From positions 607,131 to 671,130 of the forward strand of contig RHPI01001737.1 in the NCBI GenBank assembly GCA_009103225.1: DNA of 64,000 nt, given 5' to 3'. Shown piece after piece: positions 37,201-52,100 of this stretch. The notes below the pieces were generated by a model. The model was not told the DNA's origin. It did no database searches and worked only from the letters and a program-made list of their open reading frames with translations. The number at the start of each line of letters is the position of its first letter. Position 1 is the stretch's first letter. The position numbers and the translations under genes were made by a program. Origin of the DNA: Chlorokybus atmophyticus (lineage: Eukaryota; Plantae; Mesostigma and Chlorokybus algae).

Positions 37201-40200
37201 CCACACGCCAGCAAAAGAAGCGGATGCCTGGTGGGGAGTCAGCAGCTTGTCATGTTGAAGCCTGTGTGAGAGACAACAAGGAGCTCCGACGGCGAGGGAG
37301 TGGAAGAACCTGAACTCGAACCCATGCTGCTCACAGGCAACGACAATAATGAAGGGGAGGATAAAGTGTCCTGCTCTTCTCCTGTCAGGTTGAAGGTTGT
37401 GCCACTGCAGCGGTTGTGATACGGCGACACTCGCTAACGGGAGCTTTAAAGTCAAGTCTACACTGGAGCACGTTGTCTTGATGGTGGAGACGCTTATTGA
37501 CCAAGTCGTAAACACGATCTCCAGCAAAAAGGATTCGCGTATCGCATCAAAGCAAGGCAAGTATAAGGTCATCGCTGAAGAGCTCGCTGACATGAGAAAA
37601 GTGCTGTAGCAACACTTTGCTAGCAAGGCCCTCACAGTCACCGCCGTCATCTTCGCTAGCCCCCAAGTGGGCAATGTCCAATGCGCTGGTGCTTTTGAAC
37701 CGGAGAAAGTCTTTGCTTCATGCTGTCACGTGCAATCATTTGTTGGCAAGGTCTTATTTAACTCCGCCTCCTTGCAACGTGTTTACTCGTTACTCCGCCT
37801 GGCAAAGACATGTGCTGAACCATGTAGATATCCAATCCCTTGGGCATTATGCCATGCTCACACATTTGCCTGCGTCATGTTGAGTATCTTGCTATTCCAA
37901 TGATGTATGGTTATATTGTGTGCAAGCTCAAGCGTGCCCACCCACGCATTGTGCGGTCAACTCCTTTTTTCATGTTCGAGATGCACCCCCCTTGCAACGG
38001 CATAAGAGGCATGGAACTTGCTGGCTCTGGCAGACAAGTTTATCAATTGCATATTATACGACGCCTTTGGCAAGCAGGCCAACATTATGCCTTGGACGTT
38101 ATAATCCGTTGCCATTGTCTTGAGCGCTGCAGCTACAGGAAACCAATTCCATATGTTATGAACCGATCTGCATGTATCGATTCGACTCACCGACGTTCTG
38201 TTGTATGCTTGTCAGATTGTCATCTCTCCTTGGCTTTTTATGGCAAGGTTTAATGTCTGCAAAGAAACTACTTCTCACGCTGTCACAGAGTTACACAGAC
38301 AAATAGGTAACTATTGAGTGCGCACTCTTGTGCTATGTGCATGCAAGTATAGTGCAACTCAGATTGCCATGTGCGGATGTGAGCTCAACGTACTGCGCAG
38401 TAGTCTAACGACTTGAGGTTGCTGCGCATTGTCAACTCCACAGATGTCGCTGCCAAGGTGCTGCATTGACCACTAGCATTGGATACTACTTGCTTCACAT
38501 CGTGGATTGCCTACTTAATTGCAGCGCCCTCCTCAATGCCTTGTGCCACTGATGCACGTAAGCTGTAAAATGCTGGCTTTATGTACTTGTTGCTCTTGCA
38601 GCAGCTCACTTAAAGTCAGCATGCAAGTGCTTGATTACAGACTGATTGATGGGTGTGTGATGAATCGGATTGGCTGGGACTGGCTTCATGCACTTGTTGC
38701 TCTTTCAGCAGCTCACTTAAAGTCAGCAAGTGCTTAGTAACAGATTGATGAGTGTGTGACCAATGGGATCTAAAAGATGTGTTGCAACAGGTATCGTCAC
38801 GGAGGTTATAAAATGCTGATGAACGCGAGGTACAAGTACAGCAGAGGTAAAAGTTTAGCAAACAGTGTTTGGCTGGGCAAGCTTGTGCGCATCGGCGCCT
38901 ACCATCATGTGGAGGTAAGTTAGACACCAATGTGAATGCACTCGCTTGTGCACAGCAGCATGTGGTGCACAAAATCGTGCATGGTTAAAAGTAGACATCA
39001 GTGTGACATACGCGGTAGTATTGATTGCATCACAAGCACATTGCATACTTGCTATTAGCGCTATGGTGGAGGTGTAGGTAGTGCATGGAGTGTGTACACC
39101 ATAGCAGTAGCAATACAGCATTGCAAGGCTGTGTCGCAGCTATAGCTGTAGTAGTAGCAGCCATGATAACGATAGACACCAATTCCAACGCTGCAAGCAA
39201 CATAGTTGCAGCTGCTACTACTGTGATGCGTAGTATGATGGTGGCCTTGAGCTCCTGCTGATGGCATTATTGCTCCCTATCATGTTGTCTTGAGAGCCGT
39301 TGCATCAATCGCGGTCTCGTCAGGTGTACATGTATATGTATATATCGATCCAAGTCGAGAGCCGCGCTGATGAACAAGAGCGATGATGTGCCGATCTCTG
39401 CAGTGAGCATCCCTGCGTGTTGGTCTGTCCCAGCGCCCTTTAAGGTAGGCTAACAGTGTTCTCGTACCGCAGCAACTTTTTTATTGCTAATCATACATGA
39501 AGCAAGCAAAGGGGCCTCAAAGCAACCCTTTTGCAGGGCCTTGAGTATACTATAAGCGATGACCGGTGGGTAAGAAACGCGGACAACTGATGACAGAGCT
39601 GATGGTGTTGGTCGCAACTCACGGAGTATTGCGCGTGCAATCGCATGTTTTAGTGCAGCTAGATATATTGCATGTGTGCAGGAATATTCATAACAATACT
39701 ATCATTGTAGTAATCAATGCCAGCTTGTGTGGCAATTATGTTACACAGTGTAGAGGACCCAACAGTAAATCAGCGGGGGGTGGAGGGTGGGGGGGGCGGA
39801 TTTAGCATACAGTCCTACCATTCCTTTAGTATCCTCCTCAAGGGCGATTGTATTATATGTCGAGGCTATATGTATATGTATTGTCAGTATACATGTATCA
39901 TATATTGGTTGGTTTGTGCCATATCAACTGTTTGCCTGCCTCTAGGCCTTCTACTTGCTCGTTGCTGCGCGCTACGTTTCGTGCTTGCGTGTATGTGTTT
40001 CGTGCTTGGCGCGGATCTCATTGGACCAGGTTTTTGGCGCGGCCTCCCGGGCGCGGTCGGTCATACCAGGCCTGATTTGGTTTCGTGAAACCCTAGTTGC
40101 GAATTACTCTCCGCTGTGAATTCGCCAAGCTCATTTGTGAGATAGTGTTGTAAGCCAAAGTGCAAATTTTGTAAGTGGTTTAATATGTGATGAGCATATG

Positions 40201-40398
40201 CTGCATGAGTTGAAACCGGCTCATTTCAAATAAGTCGTGACATGGTGTTGTTAGCAATTTGCACTCTCCAAGTGGTTTAACTCGTGATGAGCACATGATG
40301 CATTGTTTGTAAACCTGCTCGTTCGGTTGATGTATAGCCCCATGGCCAAACGAAATTGGTTAAGGTAACATAAGATCTCGGGTGTAATGGACAGGTTC

Positions 40399-40880
40399 GT
40401 CGCAATATGTTTTCCCTGCCGGCCGACTAAATATTGGCAACGGCCGTGCACCTGAGGACACTAATTTAGACTGTCGTGGCTCAGGCCACCTGTAATCTTG
40501 ATACAGGGACCTAATAATAACTTTCGTTACTGTAAGGCCCTTTTTACTACAATTTAGTCTTTAACAGTTGACTATGCCTAACTAACAGGCGCCTGTTAGT
40601 TACCTATCAGGCCTTAACAGGTGACTTTATATAATTAACAGGCACCTGTTAGTCACACACCAGGCCTTAACAAATGACTTTGTGTAATTTACAGGCAACT
40701 GTTAGTTACACATCAGGCCTTATTAGGTGACTACAACTAATCAACGGGCACCTGTAAGTTACACATCAGTCTTACTTAGGTAACTCAGCCTATGTGACAG
40801 GCACCTGCAGGTTACACACCAGTCCAGCGCAGGCGACTAAGCCTAATTCGCAAGCACCAACTAGGTAATTATCGACAAAA
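40399..40880. repeat. 112-bp head (copy of 6229-6340) followed by a ~52-bp-period degenerate tandem array; likely transposon subterminal region
   Basis: TAACAGGC(A)CCTGTTAGTTAC..CAGGCCTTA recurs about every 52-53 bp in 40570-40870. Confidence 0.75.
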
Positions 40881-43180
40881 TAAGGCATTCTTTAACAGCT
40901 GAAGGTGATTAATGCCTAACTGTCGTCATATGTATTTGCATAGCTTGACTACACGCGACTGTCACTGACTTCCAGCATTGTTATGTGCCTGTGCTGTGTA
41001 CATGTACCTGAAATGTGTACAGTGTCTCTCAGTCACTTGCCAAGTCTTGATATTCAATTATGTGACTCGAATGCAGTTCTGTTGTATATCATAGGGATGC
41101 AAGTATATATGTGCATGAGCATAATGACGATTGACTGAGCTGGTTTAAGATGCACAACACTCAGTCACAAGAGCCTTGTAGCTATGTACACTACCAGCTA
41201 AACGGACTACCAACTGCGCTACAGCTCCTCTCCATCATCGCTTTGCTCGTCATTACGGAACAAAGCACCACGCGCTGGGGCCTGTGGAGGAGACGCCGGA
41301 GCTTGCTCTTCCTCCTCAAACGGTTGTGCCAGTCAATTAAATGCCGCTTCTGCCTCAGCGAGCGGGTCACGAGCTGCTGTCTCTTGCGGCCGGTGCCGAT
41401 TGGGATCTTTCAAGTATGCGACACAAGATGCAGTGTGGCGTTTCACAAGGGTGAATGGCTGGAGGGCTGCGTACCGTTGCCTCATCTCCCGCTTCATTGA
41501 CATGATCATGGTGTTGATTTCGCTGAGGTACTCTTCATGTGTGTCTATGCTGGCAGCTAGCAGAGGGTCTCCATCCTTGCCCTTTAGGATGCGCTCCACC
41601 TGCGTAGTTTACAGGCATGTCTTAGTGGCATCGAAAGCCACTATTCACTGCAACGCGTCTGCAAGCCTGTAGTTTGGGGCTACAGCATTCCTGAATTGCT
41701 AATGCTGGAGTTCAGAGTGCTCACCGTAAGCAACAGGTATGCGAGGTGGTTGACTGTCAGCAGCAGGCGACAAGGTGTAGTGACGGCGTAAGACCAGCAT
41801 TGCACGATCATTTGCCAGATTATGGGATTGCCCCATTCATGGATGTATCTCCTCCGCTCCGGGTCTGCAGTGTCGGTCACCTCAAATCTCCGCCATGACT
41901 TGTCTGCGACAGTCATACCGACAAGGCATTAGTCACGAAATAGATAGTTCAAGTTGAGCCTGCACCAGGCTAGAATAGTGCCTGTGACTTACTTTGAAGC
42001 GCGTTGCGCATCTGGGCTTTTTGGGTCTCGGGGTCCATTAGGGCGACCATGTGCCTGATCGAATCGGTTACAATAGGCCAGATGAGTACGTGTGTATGGA
42101 GGCTGAGTAAGAAGGCAGTGTTGCATAGCAGACATGGTGGTGAGGGACCCAACTTACTTGCGCTTCACCGGTAATTCTGGACCCCCCAAATTTCTGAAAA
42201 TTCAGCGCATTTGCCCTGAATACTCATCTGTTTTATGTGTGAACTCGCCACTTGCGTGGCTGCAGAGGTCGCTGTTACGGTTGCTGATTATTCAGGCCAA
42301 ATGCCCTGAATACAAGCAATGGATATTCACACGTTTTGGGCATGAATAATAATTGTAATTGTCCATCTCGCACACAACCTCCTACATGTGAGTAGTTATT
42401 CACTCGCAACAGAACTGCATATTCAGTCTTCTTAGGTATACATGGTCCTAGACTTGTACCATGGCACCAAGTGATTATTCATACTTTGTGTGCGTGAATA
42501 TTTACAGCGCCTGCTCTCACACTAGGTCCTCCTTATTAGTAATTATTCACACGCATATTGGCTTAATGTTCACACATACTAAAGCTGTTTCAACAGCACA
42601 TGTACCATACTAGCAAGTGATTATTCATATGATTTATGATTGAATAATACAGCATATCTGCTCTCACACATAGTCCTATATATTAGTGGTTATTCACCCA
42701 TAGTATGGTTGAACAATCACTGCTGCCTTTGGTCGATTTTTCACGCGAATGATAATTAAATCATACAACACTTCTGCTCACACACATAGTCCTACATATA
42801 AGTGGTTATTCACTCACAGTTTGGTTGAATAATCACTGCATCTTGCTATCGTCAACAGCTGTGACATAGCATAGCTGTGACATAGCACATAGCAATCAGT
42901 CCAGCCGGTGAATTTGGACAGCAATGTCAGCTGAATGGCAGCTGACTCGAACAACAAATTCACTGATGTCTACAATGTATCTCTGCTACCTACTTCTTGC
43001 TGCCTCGACCACGCCCACCGCGCCCACCCCGCCCACCCCGGCTGCCCTTCCCACGGCGCCTCCCGCGCTGTGTGGTTGTGCCTTCCTTTGCTGGCTCCCT
43101 CACCTTGATACTCTTCAGCAACCCAACAGGCCAAAGTAGCAACAAACCCGGCTCGCACTCTGCGCATACATCAACCACAC

Positions 43181-45500
43181 ATGAACTCAGCTGACTTGCA
43201 CAATGTTGAAACTGTTCATGCAATCGCATGCACACAAACGCGTTCACCTTTCAAGTGGGTCACTTGCACTCCAACCCCATCACGCTTGAAGCTGATTGGC
43301 AGAGGCACAACCTCTTCTTCCCCTGGTCCGGGACGTCTGGTCCTAGTGATGGGAAGACTGCGGCTGAACTGGACCACCATGTTGCCCTCTCCAATCTTCT
43401 TGCCATGAAACTTGTTGACAGGATTGATGTCGCTTACGTGCGCCTCCCCTACTGGTTCTTTGCGCCCGTTAATGAACAGTTGGACTTCACTGCCAACCTT
43501 CATCGTCGGTGCGGTGTCGTCCTTGTCGCTCAGCTCTTCCTGCGCATGCAAGTGACAAACACATCAAGAGGTACACACATACACAGATGTGATCTCTCAT
43601 ACAGCGCTTGCGAAGCGACCTGCCTTCTGCGAGTCGTTGTCGCTGTTGTTGGGGCTGTCCCCCTCGCTGTCCGGGGCGCTGTCCTTGGCGCCATCTTCAC
43701 CGCTGTTCTCGCTTCTATCTGTCTCAGGCATTTCTGAATACGTTGGCTCATCCTGCGCGACAAGGTGACACGACGTGTTAACAAGCTTACAACCGTCACG
43801 CAACGAATGCGTGCCTGCCGCAGGTGACAGTTTGTGTGCAGCCAGAAGAACGCAAGAAGCCCATAAGATCAAGTACATGGTGCTTTCATACCTCCTTTTG
43901 CTTGCCGCTCTTCTTCTCCAACACCGTCTCCTGCTTGCCAGTCGAGTGGCCTGCCTCCTGAGACTTGTAGGGAGCCGGTATCGAGCGAACAGTTTTGTTT
44001 GTTTTCTTTTTGGGGGGGCTTGACACCTCATCCTCCTGCCAACAGCATGAAGTCAGATGGTGAGCCACAACTCAGTGCATTGCCGCTCTATCAAGTCCAA
44101 TGCTGCGTACCTCACCAGACACTTTGCGCTTCCCTGAGCTGCTGTCACGCACATCAGCACCCTGCTTGGCACGTGCCTGAACACAACAGTCATGAACGAT
44201 CATGAACACATGTTTAGCAAAGTACAAGCAGGAGCGGCATCTGACCTGTGAACCAGTAGCAGGAGAACTTGAGGGTTGTGGTGCAGTGCCTTCCTTGTTA
44301 CCTATCGCATACACAAGGCACCGATCACAAAAGCCTGCATATACACACAGTACTCCAGCAGCTGCCTGCGCGCGCAAGACGCGGCTCACGCTGCGAGGTG
44401 CCATTTCTGTCGTCGCTGGCGTCGCTGGCGGGATGTGAACGCGTGGGCGCCGTGCAATTACAAGGGGTCATCATACACACCACACAACCTGCATACATAA
44501 GGCACCATCAAATACAAAGCATCGTTCTCAACACGACATTGACAAAGCCAACTTTGTGCAAACTGTAGGTCACCCTCTGAGGTGGCATCCTCGTCGTCGC
44601 TGGCAGATTGCACTTCTTTTGACTTCTTGGGCTTCTTCTTGTTGGCTTTCTATCAAGCACATGGCAAAGGCACTCAAGACATGCACATCGCACGAACACC
44701 TTAGTCACTACATGACACACACCTTGTTGTTCTTGTCGCTAGGCCCTCCCCTGCGCCTTGGCACAAAGCCCCCCGCGAAAGCCTTCTCCATCATCTCCTT
44801 GTAACGATTCCGACTCTTTTCTTTCTGCTTCTCTTTGTGCTTGGGGTTGCTGTATCCCTTTTTGTTGCCCAGATACTGTTGAATCTTCAAACGCGCCTAC
44901 CCACCAATGAAGAAGTTGTGAAGGCCAACACATGCAAAGCAAACTCCTCCCAGCTCAGACAATGCTGCCATATTGCATGACAGCTCATGTAACTGTGGGA
45001 ATTTGCCAACCATTTGATAGGAGAGCTCTGGATTCAGCAGATGCCAGCATTTGGTTGCAAGAGCGAACTTGAATGGGTCCTGCTTCGTTTGAGTCTTCCC
45101 CGGCATCATGCGACAGTACTCGTAGCAAATCCGGCCTTTGTCGGCCAGCTTGGTGACCTTGCGACGATCACGGGCATGATGCTTCCCACGCCAATGTAGG
45201 ACCTTCAGTGCCTGCATGGTTTACATTGGTGCACTAGTACAACATGGGACAAAACAGACTTCGGCAGCAAGGTCTGACATTGATTGCGGATGCTTGATGC
45301 ATAAGCTCACTTTTAAGGAGACCATTGCTGTGGTCTCAAGATCACGCAGGTGAACAGTCGCCTCACTGGTTTCCCACTCATGCTGCAGCTGCTCATCAGA
45401 AGGACCACCAGCATTCTTCCCCCATATCTCTTCGTCCAAATTCTCCCATCCTTCGCTGCAGTTGCTGGACCGCCCACCCGACGTGGTGCCTGACATGATG
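43181..45500 (-). CDS. CACTA accessory gene (TnpA/Tnp1-like C-terminal domain), spliced
   Basis: KVGSEVQLFINGRKEPVGEAHVSDINPVNKFHGKKIGEGNMVVQF resembles the Tnp1/En/Spm C-terminal domain. Further exons at ~43590-43770, ~44730-44890, ~44930-45215 and ~45350-45500. Intactness not verified. Confidence 0.55.
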
Positions 45501-46199
45501 ATGCCCTCCTGTAGATAGATCAAGCTTGCTTTACAAGTCAGTTGCAACCGCAACCCTAATCAACCTCAAGTCTTGGTTGACTCAAGTGACTGCAGGTTGT
45601 AAGCCATGTGGACTTGCTTGTTGACTTGTCACAGCAAGCAAACCATGTACCTTGCAAAAGAAGTGTCTCTAAGCTGCTTGCACAAAGGCGTGCTTGTGAA
45701 CTTGTCAAACAGGCACACTGCAAGCCAAACACCCAGTACCTTGTAGAGTAGAAGCTGCTTCAGCTTCTTGCCAGCTGAACACGACAAAGGTAAGCCTAAC
45801 AGCAAGCTAGCAGGCAAATGGCAGTCCAGAATGCTAGCGGCACAACACCATGCTGTATTTGCTAATTGCAACGAAGTGACCCAGCATGCAACCACTAGAA
45901 AAGCAGTGCGACAAGACAGCTGACAACGCTCGCTCACCTCGCCACAGCACCGCCGCCGCCAACACAACCAGCAAGTACGCCGGTGCTGTGGGACAATCAG
46001 TGCAATTCCCGGTGCGGAAATCCCTGCAATCAATGGAATGCAGTGATCGTTCGGAAAATCCACATCAGCAATTGTGCTGGTCGGACACCAGTCGCGTCTC
46101 CGCTTGCTCCGACCGCAATAGGCCGCACGAGCAATTGCCGTGGAAATTGCCTTTTGTCGAAACTTTGATTGCCAAAATGAACTCTATGTTTATTGGTCC

Positions 46200-47270
46200 A
46201 TACAAACCAAGCGAAATTACATTCTCTATTTCCGATGAAATCTTCCATGTCCGAGGACGGTGTCTGTGTGGCTTACCCCAAACTATAAGTAACCCTAACC
46301 CAAACATCCAATGCATGCTGGTAGTTGTATAGGATATGTGAAGTGCTGTGTGCTGCAACAATGGACCCCCCTGTACCCATGCGCACCATGAATGAGGCTC
46401 TAACGCAGGCGCTCCTCGCAGTCGGGCGGCGATTAGTGGGACTAGGTCAGGTCTTGACACAACCGTGGAACGGCTATGTGGACTCTGGCGATGCTCGCTA
46501 TCATCAGGTATCTTTCTCGCTATTCATGGTGTGAGTTGCGTGCGCTATGTCACTCTGCATGCTGCTGACTATGCATGCCACTATGCATGTGCCATACTGT
46601 TGCGCATTGTTTGTACATGCGTATGCCTTGTGTGCGATTTGGGTTGAGTTTGCCTGTGTAGTGTGCATATGTTTGTCCTGCTATGATAGGAACGCCTATA
46701 TATATGCACAGCTCTGATTGCTACCATGCAACACCCTTGCGCGTTACATGCCGTGCATGTCATGCCATGCTACTGCCTGAATGCGTGTCCAGTTCATGTC
46801 CATAACAATAGAGGCGCTGTCTATGCATTTGCATCAACTTCTGGCGCACGTTTATGAATGAATGCGATGCAACATGCGAGTTAACCTGTAAACTTGTTTG
46901 TCAGGTCCAATTATGCAATTGGGAGCTTTCAACTCGTGGAATTGTTCATCAGGCACCCATTGCGATTGCAGCTACTGTACAAACCGGTGTGTATGTGGCA
47001 GTCTCCGTGCATGAGAACACTCCCTCGCCTCCTGATGCGCCTCTTCCTGCTCGCACTATCATTGACTCGGGCACCTATGGCGCTGCTGGCCTGCGCGTTG
47101 TGATCGAGTGCGACAACAATATTGCTGCACGCTGGAGTGTGTTTACTGGCTCCGAGGTCCCTGCACCTGGTGCAACGCCCGGTACCAATCTCACACCAAC
47201 TTGTAATGGAATTTTCCCCACTCGCGACCCTCCTAGTGAACCTAGTGACTCTAGTGACTCATCGCAATGA
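46200..47270 (+). CDS. Unknown passenger gene inside the CACTA
   Basis: Spliceable segments ..SISDEIFHVR / ICEVLCAATMDPPVPMRTMNEALTQALL..YHQ / VQLCNWELSTRGIVHQAPIA..RWSVFTG..SDSSQ*. Confidence 0.45.
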
Positions 47271-47464
47271 CCATTGCTCTACACACTTTGTTTGCCCTTT
47301 ACACTATGGTTACCGCTGAGCTGCTCTGCTGGTAATTCTCCAAGTGTGGCTGTTGCATGTGCAATTACTGATAACAGTGGGGTGTGTGCCTTTGTGCAAG
47401 TTGGAGATCTAGCAGCAGATCAGCTCAGGCACAACCGCCACAATTGTGTTCACAACAACTAGTG

Positions 47465-48250
47465 ACTAGCAGATTAGTTACATTACAACTATACTACACA
47501 ACAACTACCAAACTACCACCAAACTATACAACTACACAACAACAACAACTACACAACAACTATACAACTACCAAAACTACCACCAAACTATAGGCCTTGT
47601 GCAAGGATGACGCAAAGATCTGACCTTGTACTTTGTATTACCTCATGGCCGTAGCACAGCCTGCAAGGCAAAGCGGGTTGCGCTCAAAACTGTTGGACAC
47701 AAATCAGGCATGCAAGCGCCTAACACTGGCAGTAGAATTGCCCAAACATGCTGTTGGAAAAACCCCTCACAACTGCACTCACATATGCACAAATACAAGG
47801 TATGTTTGCGCCGCAGAAGAAGTGAACACGGACTTTTGCGACACACGCGCGCGTACACACATTAGTTACATAACAACTATACTACACAACAACTACCAAA
47901 CTACCACTAAACTATACAACTACACAACAACAACAACTACACAACAACTATACAACTACCAAACTACCACAAAATCATAGGCCTTGTGCAAGGATGACGC
48001 AAAAATCTGACCTTGTACTTTGTATTACCTCATGGCCGTAGCACAGCCTGCAAGGCAAAGCGGGTTGCGCTCAAAACTGCTGGACACAAATCAGCCATGC
48101 AAGCGCCTAACACTGGCAGTAGAATTGCCCAAACATGCTGTTGGAAAAACCCCTCACAACTGCACTCACATATGCACAAATACAAGGTATGTTTGCGCAG
48201 CAGAAGAAGTGAACACGGACTTTTGCGACACACGCGCGCGTACACACACA
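47465..48250. repeat. Two tandem ~388-bp units, each headed by an (ACA/ACTA)n low-complexity tract
   Basis: TAGGCCTTGTGCAAGGATGACGCAAA at ~47591 and ~47978, each followed by near-identical sequence. Confidence 0.92.
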
Positions 48251-49154
48251 TGAGGGCTTACAATCAACTGCCCCAGCTGACTGGACACCATACACACACA
48301 TGCACATTCATGTGATACGCATGCAAGAATGCATTTATCTGTCCCTGTCGTCGCTGGAGCTCTTGCCAACTTTTTGAGCACCGTGACTGGCGGTGTCCTG
48401 CAAACATGCTGCAGGCAATGCTCAACCTGTTGATAGCAGCTGTAAGAATGCCAAGACACCCAAAGCACAGAGCCAATACTCTGATCTGAGTCTCATCCAC
48501 AAACACACCATGCCTGGCATGCGAGCTCTGGTTTACCTGCTGTCTTGGAAGCAGCCGGCTGGATCATCATACCCTCTGTTGAATGCATGCAAGCATCTGA
48601 GTCAAGACCAAATACCTACCTCATGTTCGACGAGATCAACTACACTGGACCTAAAGCGACCGGCCATCGCTGAATGGTAGCTGTTTACCTGTAGATCACA
48701 CACCGTAGTTAACCAACAGTAGAGTCAGAAATGGAGCAGGGAAATGACTCTTGAGAGACACAATGCTAGCGCAAGCACACACAGAAAGAACACCTTTTTG
48801 CCGCAGCCTAGGCAAGGCCACTGAGGGGTTATGCCCAAGGCTGCCCCAGCGGCTTGCAGCAAACAGCTTTTGTGCCAACTAACCAAGTATGCTTTGCAGA
48901 AGCTACACACTTTGACGCCGCGCATGCTGGCGCCACGCTACCTGGCACACAAACCCTAGAAGCTAATGCACTGGACGGAAGAAGAAAAGGAGCATGTACG
49001 CAAATTGTGGAGCATATCCGAATTGACTTTCTGGTTTGTTTTGAATCGGGATTGGATGTGTCCTAAGCCCTTAATTTACGGTAGGCAGTCATGACGGTGG
49101 CGACGGCGGCGGTGTCAGCGGCGGCAGCGTGCCTGCAGGTCTTTGCTTTGGCTG

Positions 49155-52100
49155 TATGGAAGTTGATTGGAAGTTGCTTGCAGTATGTTGGCTGACTGCT
49201 TTTGATGTTTGTAGCATGAGCTACATTCGCAGGTGTTTTTGCCGCGACTGCAAAGGGAGCAAAGTGTTCACACACAACCACATTAGAAGGGCTGAATATC
49301 ATGAAAACTTTGGCAAAAACATGTGGTGTGGCACTCCAGAAGCTGTTGCTCCTGAATACCGTGATCGACTACAACCCCATGAACTTGAAGAAGCTGATGC
49401 TGCTGTTGCTGCTGCATCCTTACACATGTCGTCAGGTACGAGAGCAACTTCTCTACAGCTGTGAATCTATACAACAGGCTGTCTGATCATTGATCTGGCT
49501 TGCCCCAGGTGAAGCTCTCCATGACACCGAACAATTGCTAGTTGGGAACGACGCTACTGAACATGTTGACACAGGCACGCCGTTGCAACCGAGTGTTGAA
49601 TCTCCTTTCAATGTTGCAGCCAACTTGCAACCAGCAGGTACGACCTGACTTGCGTGGCATGTTGACATTGCGGATGCTGTGCCTCTCATTGTTCATGTGC
49701 CACTAGACTCATTGCCGCTGGCAGATTGTGATCCGTGTGCTCATGAAGGACAATGTGCTTATGGAGAACAACGCGGATCTCACCCAGCATTTTGTGGAAT
49801 TGAGAATGCTACATTGCCAGAGCATCAAGGTGCCAGAACCAAATCCACAAATGGACAAGTAGAGCCTGAGACGCCAGTGCACTGCACCTCCACTGCTGAG
49901 CAAGTCGATGCGGAGCAAGGTGATGCGGAGCAAGGTGATGTTGCCGGCGAAGACCAAGACTATGAAACCGATGTGGAATCGCAGCCGGACGAGGCTAAAT
50001 GCATTGATGATGCCATGCTATTTGACAAGGTGAATGCTGCGTTGCTGGATAATGCAAGCAACCCTGTTGTTTTCGGCTCTCGTACAACCCCTCTAGGCAT
50101 TTCCATGCTGCTATTGGTTCTGGCGCAGCTACATCGAATACCCTTCAATTTCATGAATAAACTGCTCAGGTTGGTGGGTAAATTACACTGCTGACTGCTC
50201 AGCCTGTTCAGAACTGATGTGTTTCTGTGTGCCAGGTTGTTGCGTGGCATCCTCTTGCCTAAGGAGAATAAGATGCCAGGCAGCATGCACGAGCTATTGA
50301 AATGCCTTGAAGGCCTCAACATGGGCTTCCACACATATGATGCCTGTCGCTGTGATCACATGTTGTATTGTGGCCGACATGCCAACAGGATACTTTGCAA
50401 AGGTGAGCAATTGTTGCAAATGTTCACTACAATGGGATTTGATTAGCATGTCCCATCAGCATACGACTTGCTTATGCAGTCTGCAAGGCCCCTCGCTACC
50501 GCAACATAGGAGGTAGACAAGTTGCATGGAAGATTGGGCGTTACTTTGACGTGCCTGCTGCGCTGAGGGCTCTGTACCTAAAACCTAGTGTTGCTGCGGA
50601 GATGATGGCGCACACAAATCGAAGTCAGGATGGGATTATGCGATCTATACACGGTAACATTGCCAAGTTCAGTGGTAAATGAGGCACGACTGTGTGCATG
50701 ATTGTGTTGGTGAGCGGCTGGGGCAGTCCAATGCAAGCCCTCAGTGTCCGTGCCTTGTGCTTTTGTGTGCGTGGCGCTGAGGCGGCATGTAAGACCTCGG
50801 TGTCCTTGCCTGTGTTTGTTTGTGTGTCGGCGTGGCGCTGAGGCGGCATGTAAGACCTCGGTGTCCTTGCCTGTGTTTGTTTGTGTGTCGGCGAGGTGCT
50901 GGGGCGGTATGTAAGACCTCAGTATCCAGCCTTGCGATTGTATGCATGTTTGAATGTGTTGTGGGGCTGGGGCAGTTGGTCGTAAGCCCTTGGTGTACTT
51001 GCTGCTGTCAGACTCGCCAATGTTCAAGGACACTGAACAACGCTACAGCCGGTTTGCCAAAGAACCACGCAATGTGCGCCTAGCGATGTTCATCGACGGG
51101 ATGAGCCCGTTCAAAGATCCGCACAAAGGTATAAAAGAGCATTTTTCTTCCTGTATGCTCGTTGCAGTGTAACTGTACGAATGGCAGCAAAGGGTTTGTT
51201 GAGTTGCAGGGAACTATGAGTTTTGGGTTGTCACAATCTCAGTGTTGAACCTGCCCATTGCCAAGATGCACAAGACAGACACTACATTCCTAGCTGCTGT
51301 TATCCCTGGACCCAAACAACCAGAGAATCTACAAGCTTATCTCAAGCCAATTATTGACCAGTTGGGAGATGTCTGGGAAGGTATGGTTTCAACGCAGCTA
51401 GGATAAGCAGCTTCCATTACTGCAGTCATGCCTGACAAATGCGCATGACTGAGGCATGTAATCTGCTGGCATTTGTTGTAGGTATAGACATATATGACAG
51501 CCACCGCGACGCAGTTTTTCGTTGCAGATCTATTTTGGAGATTGTAATCCATGATTACCCAGGTACTCAAGCAGCAGCAGTGTTTGCACTTACTGTTATC
51601 AGTGTCTGACTGTATCTGTATATTGGACTGTCCTTACAACCATGGTTGTGGCTACTGAAGTACATCATGTTGGTTGCGCAGCTCTGGCAAAAGCTGCCTT
51701 GCAGATGGCGCATGGAGCCATCTTTGGCTGTTCAAAGTGCGAGTGCAGTGGAGAACATGTGGAACTTCTCAAAAAGGTGATCTATCAAGGCCACCGCCGG
51801 TACCTACCGGATGACCATCCTTACAGAGTTGATGAGCGTTGGCCGCAACCAGAACACAGACCTCCACCACCCATGCGGACTGTCGAGAGCGTGTACAGGT
51901 GAGCAATCTCAGTTGATTGCGCATTCGGTTTCAGAACATAGGTATGTCAGCAATGGATGCCATGTGATCAGGTATGCTATGACATCTCGCAACAGCAAGC
52001 GTCCACTGCACTCCAAGAGACATCCTTCAAAGACCTCCGGCATCCTTGGACTGAGCTGTTTTCACGACCTTCCATATTGGCTACCGTTACAAAAATCTGT

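Noticed and set aside
37400-37900. Class-3 lipase (PLA1) fragment suggested by TVTAVIFASPQVGN, which would complete an oxylipin cluster
   Set aside because: No GxSxG motif upstream, there is an intervening stop, and the resemblance is one short motif. A profile search would settle it.
40570-40870. CRISPR-like array
   Set aside because: Degenerate tandem units without unique spacers, eukaryotic context and no cas genes.
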